Both the position numbers and the translations under genes were made by a program. 64,000 nt of DNA from Octopus vulgaris (lineage: Eukaryota). The notes under the pieces were generated by a model. That model made no database searches. It was not told the DNA's origin and saw only the letters and a program-made list of their open reading frames with translations. Positions within the stretch are counted from its first letter, which is position 1; every line of letters begins with the position of its first letter. The DNA is taken from NCBI GenBank assembly GCA_951406725.2, contig OX597816.1, forward strand, positions 162,874,001-162,938,000, written 5' to 3'. Positions 1 through 13,222 of the stretch are shown piece after piece.

Positions 1-21
1 AAACATGATGCCAAGGATTCA

Positions 22-99
22 GCGGTACATATGTTTCGGGCCTTTATTAGACGGATTTATAACAATGCATAATGTGTGTCTATGGCCTTCTTCAGCCGC
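22..99 (-). ncRNA. Type I hammerhead ribozyme motif with long stem II (Penelope pLTR-like)
   Basis: Minus strand reads GCGG-CUGAAGA-aGGCC..51 nt..GGCCc-GAAA-CAUAUG-UA-CCGC. Stem I is GCGG/CCGC, stem III is the palindrome ACAUAUGU, and the cleavage triplet is GUA. Confidence 0.75.
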
Positions 100-368
100 G
101 TACAATTACTATTTCAAGGACATGTATTACATTATAAGTTTTACGTTGAGGATGCAAATCCTCACAGTCGCGTACGACAGAGAGGGGCACCAGCACAAAA
201 ACGAAGCGTCCATCTCGTCTTTCACTCGATGTAGAATGAGGAAGTTTGGATGTTGAGATAGAGAGGGAAGGGGTTAGGGGGGTTGAATCTTTAGTGAGTT
301 AGAGATCACAAAGAGGGAGGGTGGTGGGTGCAAAAGGTAGTATGTATATATATATATATATATATACT

Positions 369-932
369 AAGTAATTATGGGTTTAGCAACGAATTGCCTC
401 ACCAACACACCGAATTTAGAAATAGCAGTCAAAGAGATATAGCTATTCCTATCTACTAAAAGGGAGATCTCAGCAAAAACACAGCACTTGAAAGGCAAAC
501 ACAGATATAAATAATTTACAAAATAAGGGCAAAAGAAAAATTCTAATGCCAAATATGCCGAAAGAAAGACAAAAATTGTCAAAAAAGCATTATAATTTAT
601 GCGTCTCGAAACAAACCGATAGAAATTTCTAAAAAATTTGTTATTACCGTAATGGTCCAATTTCGGGGAAAATTCTAAGAATTAACCCCGAAATTGTACC
701 AATACGGTAACAACGAATTTTTTTAGAAATTTCTATCGGTTTGTTTCGAGACGCATAAATTATAATGCTTATTTGACAATTTTTGTCTTTCTTTTCGGCA
801 TATTTGGCATTAGAATTTTTCTTTTGCCCTTATTTTGTAAATTATTCATAAATTTAATCTTTAAAAGGTATTTTTTGATATGCTGGCCATTGATAAAAAC
901 TTTTTCCCGAAAAAAATTTTATACTACATTAG
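369..932. repeat. Fold-back inverted repeat (arms ~507-668 and 686-850) in a Penelope-pLTR-like repeat between (TA)n tracts
   Basis: ~160-bp near-perfect inverted arms with a 17-nt spacer. Segment ~400-480 resembles 57830-57909. Confidence 0.75.
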
Positions 933-978
<46 letters not shown>

Positions 979-980
979 AT

Positions 981-1147
981 GCAGCGAGCTGGCAGAAACG
1001 TTAGCACCGCAGGCGGACTGCTTAGCGGTATTTCGTCTGTCTTTACGTTCCACCGAGGCAGACTTTGCCTTTCATCATTTGGAGGTCGATCTAATCGACT
1101 GGCCTCCTCTCCATAAATTTCGGGCCTTGTGCCCTGAGTAGAAAAAT
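981..1147 (+). mobile_element. SINE family A (head GGCGAGCTGGCAGAA; central GTCGACTTTGCCTTTCATCC domain, possibly Meta-domain)
   Basis: More than 10 homologous copies in the window. Confidence 0.8.
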
Positions 1148-1180
1148 ATGTGGGTGTATATATATATATATATATATATA

Positions 1181-1415
1181 TGTAAAAAGAACCTAACAGG
1201 CAACAACAAAACAGACGATTCGAAAATAGACAGGAAAAAGCAAGGACAGGACATTCGGACCTTCCCATCGTCAGTCGAGTTCCAGAACGTCATTGCAGTT
1301 TCGTCCGGTTACACTCGAGACTGCTCCAATCTGGCTGATCCCAAGAAAATCTAAGCAAAGACCACCAGATTCTTAGGAAGAAAACAAGGACGAAAAAATC
1401 GGAGAAATGGTACTT
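1181..1415 (-). mobile_element. Repeat family D carrying scrambled-order hammerhead-like motifs
   Basis: Homologous to 4350-4500, 47118-47346 and 57636-57748. Abuts (TA)n. Confidence 0.65.
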
Positions 1416-1421
1416 GTATAG

Positions 1422-1489
<68 letters not shown>

Positions 1490-1610
1490 TATAATAATAA
1501 TTGTGCTCGAAAAATAAGGGGTGTTACCTTAGTTCAAAGGTAACGAATGACTGACACCATAGTAGATCTCCAGAGTTAGAAGCTGTGCAAAGACATAAAT
1601 AAGATTAATG

Positions 1611-2018
1611 CTATAGGCACAAGGCTTGAAATGTTGGAGAGGAAGCTAGTCAATTACATCGACCCCAGTACTGAACTATTACTTTATTTATCAACCCCGA
1701 GAGGATGAAAGGTAAAGTCGACCTCTGCGGAATTTGATCTCAGAACGTAGAGAGAGACGAAATGCTGCAAAGCGATTCTGCCAACTCGCAGCTTTAATAA
1801 TGATAATAATAGTCTTTTCTACTATAGGCACAAGGCCTGAAAATTTGTGTGGAGGTGGGTGGGCAGTCAATTAGATCGAATCTAGTATGCAACTGGTACT
1901 TAAATTATCGAACGAGAAAGGATGGAAGGCAAAGTCGACCTCGACAGAATTTGAACTCAGAACGTAAAGCACTTCGCAACGTAAAGCATTTCGCAAACTA
2001 TTCTAACAACTCGCCGCC

Positions 2019-2020
<2 letters not shown>
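1611..2020 (-). mobile_element. Two tandem SINE family A copies in a (TAA)n context
   Basis: GAAAGGTAAAGTCGACCTC..GGAATTTGAACTCAGAACGTA-like segment occurs twice (1611-1792, 1821-2020). Confidence 0.75.
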
Positions 2021-2096
<76 letters not shown>

Positions 2097-2508
2097 GCAA
2101 CAACAAAAACAACACAAACAATAATAATAATAATAATTATAATAATTATAATGATGATAATAATAACAACAACAATGATATTAATAATGATGATGATGAT
2201 CATGATGATGATGATGATAACAGCAACAACATATACACGTGAGCGCATGTAGGAGTGTGTGTGTGCGATTGTGTGTGTGAGTGTGTGTATGTATCCGCGC
2301 ACATAAAGGGAAAGAGATAGAACAAAAGTGATATGAAATCAGACCAGACTAGACGTCAACAACAATGACACTTCGGTTGGGAACGTTCTGATTCATGAAG
2401 CAGCAGGTGGTCGCAGACAACTTTGGATAAACAGGAAAACCCACGAGCAGTCATAGAGCACGTACCTACACTCATACGCGCGCACACACACACACACATA
2501 CATACACG

Positions 2509-2539
<31 letters not shown>

Positions 2540-2599
2540 GCGCATGTAATTTTATCTTAGGGATTTATTATTTTTGCGTTAGCAGAATTGAAGCCAGTC

Positions 2600-2860
<261 letters not shown>

Positions 2861-2978
2861 TATGTGTAGTTGTAATGCATGAATGTATATAAAGCATAAT
2901 ATATACATTTTAATATTTTTAATATATACATACACTCACGCACACATACTTGCACGTACGCACGTACACTCATTTGTA

Positions 2979-4248
2979 TTGGGTTGGCAAGAAAGTAATT
3001 TCAGTTTTTTAGTGTGAAATGAAAGTCATTTTTTTTTCGTACGAAGAATGAACTTTAATCGATTCTTTCCTTTTGTCCGATGACCTTTCAGGTAATTATT
3101 TTATTATTCTGCCCTCGTTGATTTTCTGGTCCTTACCAGCCAAAAACTGAAGCAAGTACGATTTCAGGTCATGATCATTATTGAAAGTTTTATCACTCAA
3201 AGAATTTTGAAAACTTCGAAATAAATGGTAATCTAATGGTGCAAGGTCAGGGCTCTATGGTGTATGTGACATCACTTCCCAACCAAGCTCGAATAATTTC
3301 TCACGAGTTAGCAAAGACATGTGTGACCTAGCGTTGTCATGGTGGAACATGATTCCTTTACGATTTGGCAATTCTGGCAGTTTTTCTGTGATTGCTTTTT
3401 CCAGTTTCATTAGTTGTTGAGTGTAAACATCTGAATTGATCGTTTGGTTCCGTGGAAGCAGCTCAAAATACTGTACAACACCTTTGTAATCCCACCAAAT
3501 TGACAGCATGACCTTTTCTTTTGATGCAATTCAGCTGTCGATGTGGCTTGTGCTGGTTCATTACACTTGGACCATGATCGTTTACGATTGATGTTCTTGT
3601 AGACAATCCATTTTTCATCACCGGTGATGATTCGTTTCAAAAAGGGTCGATTTCATTGCGTTTGAGATGCATATCGCAAATATTGATTCGTTGTGTTGAA
3701 TGAATCTCTTTCAATTTATGTGGAACCCAAATATCGAGCTTCTTAACGAGTCCAAGACATTTTAAGTGATTTTCAATTGTTATGTGTGATACATTTAAAC
3801 TCTCTGCGATCTTCCGCACAGTTATATGACAATCAGATTCAATTATGGCTTTGATTCGGTCATCATCAACTTCAGTAGGTCGACCAGAACGTTGGTCATC
3901 TTTGAGTGAAAAATCTCCAGAACAAAACCATTTTCTAAAACCATTTCTGACATGTGCGTTCCACTAAGCAATCAACACCATAAACTCCACATATTTCTTT
4001 GTGATCCTCTGCAACTTTCTTGTCCTTATAGAAATAAAAAAAGCAAAATATAGCGAAAATGTTTGTTTTTGCCCGCCATGTTAAAACTTACAATAGCTGT
4101 TTGCAAAATTATGCGCAATTTGCTTCTTGAATAGGCTAAAAGTAACGGCTATCAAATGTGAAAAGGAAAAAGTAACGTTGACAAAAATCATTAAAAAAAT
4201 CGTAACTGTCTATTCGTGAAAAACGAAATTACTTTCTTGCCAGCCCCA
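2979..4248 (-). mobile_element. Full-length mariner transposon (DD34D, mellifera-subfamily-like), inactive
   Basis: TIRs TTGGGTTGGCAAGAAAGTAATTTC / GAAATTACTTTCTTGCCAGCCCCA. TA target duplications at 2977-2978 and 4249-4250. Length 1270 bp. Confidence 0.93.
3060..4079 (-). pseudogene. Mariner transposase pseudogene (frameshifts and stops)
   Basis: Motifs MAGKNKHFRYILLF, WVPHKL, ITGDEKW, HHDNARSH and HTP*SPDLAPLDYHLF, with 34 aa between the 2nd and 3rd D. The 3' end is approximate. Confidence 0.9.
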
Positions 4249-4310
4249 TATGTGTATATTGAAAAAATGATGTGCCCGATTTAATCAATGTGTCTGTATG
4301 TGAGCGTGTA

Positions 4311-4349
<39 letters not shown>

Positions 4350-4354
<5 letters not shown>

Positions 4355-4500
4355 GTAAAAAATAAATAAATACAGACATGGACAAGAACATGAAACACCA
4401 AAGAGACGACACAAGAACCACAGGACGGGACATTCGAAGCCCTCAGTCATCAGTCAAGAACCAGATCATCTTCGCAATTTCGGCTGATTAATCTTGAGAT
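4350..4500 (-). mobile_element. Repeat family D copy (5'-truncated)
   Basis: Minus strand AUC-UCAAGA..GAAAUUGC..UCUUGA-CUGAUGA. Flanked by (TA)n. Confidence 0.65.
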
Positions 4501-4514
4501 ATATATATATATAT

Positions 4515-4763
4515 CTTTTAGTTTTTCTTTGTTTCAATCATTAAACTCCGGCCATTCCGGAGTACCGCATTGAAGAAATTTTTGTCGAATGAATCGTTCG
4601 TAGTTATTCTTTTTTTCTTTTCAAGCCTGGTTCTAACTCTATCGGTCTGTTTTGACGAACCGCTAAGTCACGGGGGAGGTAAAGAAATCAACACCGTTTG
4701 TCAAGCGGATGCGGAGGACAAACACAGGTACAAAGAAACACGTACACAGAAACACGTGCACTC

Positions 4764-4826
<63 letters not shown>

Positions 4827-4920
4827 GATGGGCTTCTTTCAGTTTCCGTCTAACACATTCAAGGTGCGAGGAAGTAGACTGAGCCCCCAGAACCATGTAG
4901 TCGGGAAACAACACACAGCC
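4515..4920 (-). mobile_element. SINE family C (tRNA-like head, CORE-like domain, internal (TA)n(TG)n), degenerate
   Basis: Homology to 5923-6326. Confidence 0.7.
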
Positions 4921-5411
4921 ATACTTTATATTACATGTATATATTTATTGGTATGCAAACAAACCAACATCGGTTTTGAAGTGGTACCATGTTGAGAAAA
5001 ACAGAAACACAAAGAGACGGACAAACATAGATATATTTACGTAACGGGCCTCCACACAGTTTCTGTCAATCAAATTCACTCTTAATTCATTGATCATCTC
5101 GACTTTATAGTTGAAGATACTTACCCATGATGCCACGCTGTGGGATTGAACCCAAAGCCATGCAGTTGTGAAGCGATTCTCTTAGCCACATAACAATGGC
5201 AGAAGCTATGTTAACAACTGTGAGATGGTTGGTTATGGTGCTGGGCTTGCAAATGTTTGGGTATGGGTCGGAATCTAGGCAGGTGAAATGTGCTGTTTTA
5301 TTGAGCAAGTTTGTTTTCCTTTACGCTGTTTAAGCTGAAATATCCAGACCGTATTTCACCAAGACTCCACCCATATATTTATTTTTCTAAGAACTTACAA
5401 TGTTTCACAAT

Positions 5412-5501
<90 letters not shown>

Positions 5502-5692
5502 AAGGTCGAAGTGCGATAAAATAAAATTAATTATTATCGCTGGTGTTTCTAGCACAAGCCATATATTATTCATATATAAGTACATTAAAAGGCGAAGTAT
5601 GTACTAGAAACACAGAAGCTTGATAAATTTAGTGAAATGAAAATAAAAACGTTTACTAACTCGATATATATATATACATATCACATTTTGAC

Positions 5693-5726
<34 letters not shown>

Positions 5727-5922
5727 CTTTACCAAACAAACTTTCTTATATATATATATATATATATCTTCCAGCATACAGCTCTATTTCTTAGCTTCGC
5801 TTAGCTTCAGGGTAAATTTTTTTACTTACGTTACTTCTAAGTCATAAGTATTGCATATCTTTATATCAGATAAAGTTTTCTCATTTATTTTTAAAGTGAG
5901 TTATTTATCTGAAATCTCACAT

Positions 5923-6326
5923 ACTCTCTTTTACTTGTTTCAGGCATTTGACTGCGGCCATGCTAGAGCACCGCCTTTAGTCGAGCAAATCGACCCCGGG
6001 TCTTATTTTTTTGTAAGCCCAGTACTTATTCTATTGGTCTCTTTTGTCGAACCGCTAAGTGACGGGGACGTAAACACACCAGCATCGGTTGTCAAGCAAT
6101 GCTAGGGAGACAAACACAGACAGACAAACACACACATATATATATATATATATATACATATATACACAGGCTTCTTTCAGTTTCCGTCTACTAAATCCAC
6201 TCACAAGGTATTGGTCGGCCCGGGGCTATAGCTGAAGACACGTGCCCAAGATGCCACGCAGTGGGACTGAACCCGGAACCATGTGGTTGGTAGACAGGAT
6301 ACTTACAACACAGCCACTCCTGCGCC
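5923..6326 (-). mobile_element. Full-length SINE family C
   Basis: Minus strand head GGCGCAGGAGTGGCTGTGTTGTAAG with GGTTCAGTCCC B-box, CORE-like GGCATCTTGGGCACGTGTCTTC, internal microsatellite and 3' tail AAGTAAAAGAG. Confidence 0.85.
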
Positions 6327-6496
6327 TACATGTTCACTTATTTTCTATTCCTAGTCAGTACGAGGAAAGTAAATAATTTTAAAGTACTTAATAATAAAAA
6401 AAAGTACGAATCACACCTCTTGAGTGAATTTAACCCAGTCGCATGTGACCGAAAGTTTTGATCGCCATAGTAAATGTTTTTAGATATATAATTATC

Positions 6497-6803
6497 ACCG
6501 TCACCGTGACCGACCAGGCTGTCAGATGCTGCTAGACACTGCTGGTCACAATGCGTTTCGCATTGTTTTAGCCTTCAAATGACGCCACCCCGCTGGCTAA
6601 GCGAGCAGGCCAACAGAAGAAAGAGTGAGAGAAATTTGTGGTGAAAGAGTACAGCAGGGATCACCACCACCTTCTGCCGGAGGCTCGTAGAGTTTTAGGT
6701 GTTTTCGTTCAATAAACACTCAAAACGCCCGGTCTGGGAATCGAAACCGCGATCTTATGACCACGCGTTCGCTGTCCTAACCATTGGGCCATTGCGCCTC
6801 CAC
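6497..6803 (-). mobile_element. tRNA-derived SINE family B head with alternative 3' tail
   Basis: Head GGAGGCGCAATGGCCCAATGGTTAGG..GGTTTCGATTCCC as in 41641. The tail differs and matches 7686-7800. Confidence 0.8.
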
Positions 6804-7992
6804 TGATATATAATTATGTGAGACAAAAAAGCATACTTCCACATTTTACTTATTCGACCGAGGATTGGACAGAAATATTCTGAAACTTATGAAGTATAAC
6901 CAAATAAAGTATTATATTATGGTACAGAAAATCCCTTTCAAAGGGCAACTTCTGAGAGAAACTAGGGTATACGAATCACCAATTTTAATTTTAGATGAGA
7001 ATACGAAAGTGCAAGATTATTTGGTTTAATACACTCTACTTAGAATTTGATAATTCAGCTAACATAAACAACAATTTTTATTCGCTAGTAAGGTACTATT
7101 TTCACATACGTGTTACTATTAGCGCTTTAAAACACACAACATCAATGTTAGCTATTCATGGCTAGAGAACATCGATTTTTCGAGCTATAATTCACAAAGT
7201 ACGAGACAAATAAAGGATTAGAATAATGTGTCTAATTCCTTAGAACAACTAATGGTATTCAATTTTCTTTTAATTCTAAACTTGAAATACAGGATTATAT
7301 ATAATTTTATAATATTTTTTCTCTGTGATAAGTGCACGAAATATAAATTCTAAAAGAAATTAATATAGTTTGTTAAGAATAAATACTAAGCAATGAGGAA
7401 GTAAAATATAAAACATGACCATGTGACTGACCAGACTATGAGATATTACAAATCACTAGTCACAATGCTGAGAAGTATTTGAAGGAGTACGCGTGTCTGT
7501 GGAGTGCTCAACCACTTGCACTTTAATTTCACGAGCAGGCTGTTCTGTCGATCGGGTCAACTGAAAGACTCGTTGTTGTAACCGACGGAGTGCCAATTAG
7601 TTCTCAAAGCTCATTATCGTCAACACACATGCATACAATAAGCACTCATTGTATGCATGTGTATGTATCTATCTATCTATGTACATATATCACGTGATCG
7701 ACCAAACTAAGGGTTGTTACTATACATCACTGTCTACAATGCGTTTTTGCATTACTTGTTAGCTTTGCAAAGATGCCACCTCACTGGCTAGGTAGGCAAG
7801 CCAACATTCCCCTGATCCGCAGGTTATAACCATTTACATCTGAATGTTCTTGAGGAACGTGGAATGGAGAGTTTTGCTCAAGAACATAACGCCTGGTGTG
7901 GGAATCAAACATGATCCAGCGATCGTGATGCAACACTCTTACCCCAAGGCCACAAGACACATTTATATAAATATGTAAATGCATACATACAC

Positions 7993-8366
7993 GCGCAGGC
8001 GTGGTTGTGTGGTAAGAAGCTTGATTCCCGACCACATTGTTCCAGGTTCAGCTCCACTATGTGGCACCTTGGGCAAGTGTCTTCTACTATAGCCTCGGAC
8101 CGACCAAAACCCTGTGAGTGGGTTTGGTAGACGGAAATTGAAATAAGACAGTCGTAATGTAACCACATGTGGATTGTTGGCGATTTTTGTCCTCCGTCTT
8201 CCTTTCTTCTTCAACTTTCCTCCGTCTCCTGTTTCTGACGAAGAGCTTTGCTCGAAACCTAAAGCCACCTTTCTTACCTTCCATGGGCTTTTGCTAATAT
8301 TTTACATGTACCACGTCCTCGCGTTGTCTTTTTCTCGTGTTTGTTCTTCGTTTTGTTTTTGATTTA

Positions 8367-8432
<66 letters not shown>

Positions 8433-8620
8433 GCGTATGTGTGTGTCTTTGTATCTGTGTTTGTCCCCGCACCATCCCTTGATAACCAATGTTGGTGTGT
8501 TTACATCCTCGTAACCTAGCGGTTTAACAAAAGAGACCAATAAAAACCCTTTAAGGTGGTGCTCCAGCATGGCCACTGTCAAATGACTGAAACAAATAAA
8601 ATAATAAAAGAATAAAGAAT
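7993..8620 (+). mobile_element. SINE family C interrupted by a Penelope-like 3' end (8156-8367)
   Basis: Head at 7993-8155 and tail at 8430-8620. Confidence 0.75.
8231..8265 (+). ncRNA. Minimal hammerhead motif (stem III mutated)
   Basis: GUUU-CUGACGA-A-GAGC-UUU-GCUC-GAAAC-CUA-AAGC. Same family as 34738-34772. Confidence 0.55.
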
Positions 8621-9043
8621 ACACGCACACATACACATATACATTCATGCATATATATATTCACATATGTATGTGTAAGTGTACACATGTATGTATGAAT
8701 TCGCAGATATATCGATTCATTCGGAAAAACTACACACGAAATACTTATGTGCTCATAACTATGTAGAGCGTCTTACATATATACTGTAATAGATAGAAAA
8801 ACACCGACAGAAACATACACAAATACACACTAAGAGAAATACATAAGAATACTTGAAACCACATATAACGCGCTAAAAGGCACACACGACACTCTAAATA
8901 CACACGCACGCACATACACACACGCATATATATATAGATGCACACACACACACATATATAGATAGATGCACTCATACACACACATATATAAATAGATCTA
9001 CACACATATATAGTTGCACACACGTAAATAGATGTTCACACAA

Positions 9044-9082
<39 letters not shown>

Positions 9083-9272
9083 TGCACACACACATATATA
9101 AACGTACACACATATTTAGATGCACACACAGATATATATATATATATATATATATTTATAGTTGCTCAAAAATATATGTAGATGCACACACACACGCATA
9201 TATATATATATATATACACAGTTGCTCACACACACACACGTATACATAGTTGCTCACACATGTATATAGATG

Positions 9273-9303
<31 letters not shown>

Positions 9304-10088
9304 TTGCTCACACATATATAGACGCACACACACACACTCATATATATATATATAGATGCACACACATGTAATCTACATTGGGAGCGTCGTTACTATTATT
9401 CGCTAGAGGCCAATCATAGAACACTCGGAATACTACTAAGATTTATGTATTATACAAACACACGCTTATACACATACATACGTACACACACACACACACA
9501 TATATATATATACATACATACATGTGTCTATGTGTATATGCTTTTATATGCGGATGCGTGTATGAGTGTGAGTGCATGAGTGTTTGAGTGTGTGTGTGTA
9601 TGTGTATTATGTATATTAGTGAAAATAAATTGCAATCAATCACAGTTCCTTTCAGGATAAGACAAGCAATCAAAGAGATTATCTGCTTCGTGCAATCAAT
9701 TCTTCCGGTTAATATTTTCTTTGGGGATATTAGCGACACCAATTACATTGAGTACCATTTCGAACGAACGTTTTTATTCTCCTCACTCCCTCTCGTTGTC
9801 TGACTGTTATTTGTCTGCTCTCTCTCTCTGTTTCTCTCTCTGTCTCTTTCCCTATCTCTCTGTCTGTCTCTCTCTTTTTCGCTCTCTAGCTTTGTTCGGT
9901 TAGTTCTCCTTCTTTCTCTGTCTCCTTATTTCTCTCTCTCTTTCTTTCTCTCCCTCTCTCTCTCTCTCACCTATTGCACTCACGACCATAATAACAATTA
10001 CATCAAAGCAACAGAAGACACAGGTGCACACACACGCACACGCACACACACATTCACACACATATACACACATACACACACATACACA

Positions 10089-10123
<35 letters not shown>

Positions 10124-10241
10124 GCAAACACGTACGCGCACACACACATCCAGCCCACACACGCTTGATTGCGCGGAAATATTCATATGAAACTATGTTT
10201 GAACGTAGGTACGTAGACACACACATGCACACACACACACA

Positions 10242-10300
<59 letters not shown>

Positions 10301-10983
10301 ACAACTCAATATATATTTGCATTTTTAAATAGTTGCTGAATGCCACTTTTCCCAGCCTCAAGGCTGGCTGAAATACTGTTTTAATAAAGCGAAGTCACAA
10401 CCACCATCTGTTCATTTGATAAATTTGATTTTATATTCTGTATTCAGTTCTTTCCACAGCAAATATTATACGTCCCATATAACAAGCCCTTACGTTAATA
10501 CATGTGTGAATGTCTGCATGAGTTTGCGCACATACGTACGTACATAATTATGTATGTATACACATACATATATGTATATACGTACGTCAATTGTACAACT
10601 GGTTTCATGTAAGAAGACCTTATGCAAATCAGATGTAAACTTGTACATTCGTCAGACCTGTAGCATGTAAATGACGAACTATATTATAAAGATTTATATG
10701 TAAACCAGTGGGACTCGTGGAAATTCCACAGAACGAAAAAGATTAAGGGAAGCTATTCAAGAAAGAAAGGATGATTTACATTTCTATTTTTATTTCGCTT
10801 AGTCATTTCGCTTCCAGTCACAATAATGTTTTCAAAATTTCTCTCTGCCGAGCACTTTGCATTTCTCTTTTTCTCTCTACCTCTTCAACAAACTTTTTCA
10901 CCTTGTAATTCTCCTTTTAATTACTCTAGTGAATATATATATATATATATATATAATAAGTAACAAGGATGTCAAGGTACTAA

Positions 10984-11070
10984 TGGAATACGGCGGTTTC
11001 AGGCGGCTCCATTTACTCGAACAGTGCAAGCATTACATCAATTTAAAATACAGCGCCATCTTCAGTTGCA
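10984..11070 (-). ncRNA. Type I hammerhead motif with 58-nt stem II
   Basis: UGCAA-CUGAAGA-uGGCG..CGCCu-GAAA-CCGCCG-UA-UUCCA. The stem II loop resembles that of 54368-54459. Confidence 0.6.
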
Positions 11071-11366
11071 AAAATATGAATTTTCAATAGACAAGATATC
11101 CTAATATAATTTTTCGCAAATATTTTATCAGAACTAGAGAATGAAGGAATTTCATGCTGCCAGTATTGTATCAGAAATAAACTAAGAGAAAAAAACTACA
11201 ATTATGGACTGGCAGAAATGGATCACAGTCGGGGGTCATGGGATCGTAATTCATTTCTAATTTTTATCTATCTCCTTATCACCATCAAAAGATCTAATAC
11301 AGCTGGTATACTGCGATTATTGAGAATTAAGATATCTCCTAATTCAAATGACTCTTAATTATATAT

Positions 11367-11516
<150 letters not shown>

Positions 11517-11831
11517 GTAAATGAAAGACAGAAGATGGAATATATATATATATATGCACATGCGTGTGTATATATGTATATGCTTATGTTACCGTGTTTG
11601 TCTCCGCACAATCATTTGACAACCGATGTTGGTTTGTTTATGTTGGGGTTCGGCAAAAGAGATCGATAGAATAAGTGCTAGGCTTCCAAACAATAAACCC
11701 TGGGTTCGAGTTCTTCGACTAAAAGCAACGCTGCAGCATGACCACAGTCAAATGACTGAAACCAATAAAAGGGATAAAAGAAAAAAGAATGTACATACAT
11801 ACATGCATACATACATATACATAGATACATA

Positions 11832-11872
<41 letters not shown>

Positions 11873-12703
11873 GCAAATAGATAGATAGATGCACATACAT
11901 ACGCATAAACATACACATGCGCGTGTGTACACACACACACGGACTTACACAGACACACACACAGACACACACATATATTGGAAATTAAAATAAGCACAAG
12001 TATAGATAAGAGGGTATTGTAATTTGCTGGAAGCATTGCGTATTGTTTGTGAAATGTAACGTGTCTGGAATGGCACAACAACGCAGAGTGGAAATAATAA
12101 CTGTTATAAATAATTTAATTATTGATAGTCTGATATAATAATATTTCGGAATATAAAAGTTCCTTCTTTAGATATTGCTAAGTAGTAAAGGAGTCAATGT
12201 CATAGTCAGTTTTCCAATGATTACTGAAATCTGTCCGAAGCGTACCTGTAGTGGTCTCACGAAGCTCCTTCCAGAATTCCTAATGAGAAGTGCGCGAGGG
12301 TGGTCATGTCTGGAGCTCGTGTGTGATGGCATATCCGCAGCGTATTATGCGTACATTTATTATTATTATTTCTTATATAATGTTTTGTTACATGAACATG
12401 AATACATATTTCGTTGCTACGTACCATTCACCATTGCTGTTAATTGGAATTCAGTATTGGATATCCCAAGCGATTTGAATGCCTAAATATAATGCACACC
12501 TCGATGCAAATTTAACCACTATGGTATGAAGAAATAAGCAGATAATGAAAAAATAGAAAAACGGAAAAACGAACAAAAGCAAAAATTAAAAATTAATGCT
12601 TTTATTTTAACATATTGAAAAAGTTCTCTCAAAGTGATTAGGTGAAAAATGCGACAGGACTTCTTCAGTTTAAGGTATATGTATATTAAACTAAATATAT
12701 GTG

Positions 12704-13222
12704 AAGACGCGTGACATAGTGGTTAGAGTATTCGGCTTACGATTCTAAGGTCGTGAGTTCGATACCGGTTGTGCATTGTATTCTTGAAGAAGGCATTTAT
12801 AGGGCGGCGGGCTGGTAAAATCGTTAGCACGCCGGGTGAAATGCTTAGCGGTATTTCGTCCATCTTTACGTTCTGAGTTCAAATCCACCGAGGTCGACTT
12901 TGCCTTTCGTCCTTATATACTGGGAGCGATCTAAGCGACTGGCCCCCTCCCCCAAAATTTCGGGCCATGTGCCTAGACTAGAAAGGAAGAAGGTATTTTA
13001 TTACACGTCTTTCCAGTTCACTCCTTCGGCAAAAATGAGTTGTACTTATAAGTCAAAGTCCTGCCTTGTCACACACACTGTGTCACACTGAATCTCCCCG
13101 AGAACTGTGTTAAGGGTAAGAGGGTCTGTGGAGTACTCAGCCATTTGTACGTCAACTTCACGAGCAGGCTGTTCCGTTGATCGCATCAACTGGAACCATC
13201 GTCGTCGCAACCGACGGAGTGA
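12704..13222 (+). mobile_element. SINE family B-type element with a nested SINE family A copy (12801-12990)
   Basis: tRNA head 12704-12797 and tail CACGAGCAGGCTGTTCCGTTGATC..ACCGACGGAGTG. Confidence 0.7.
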
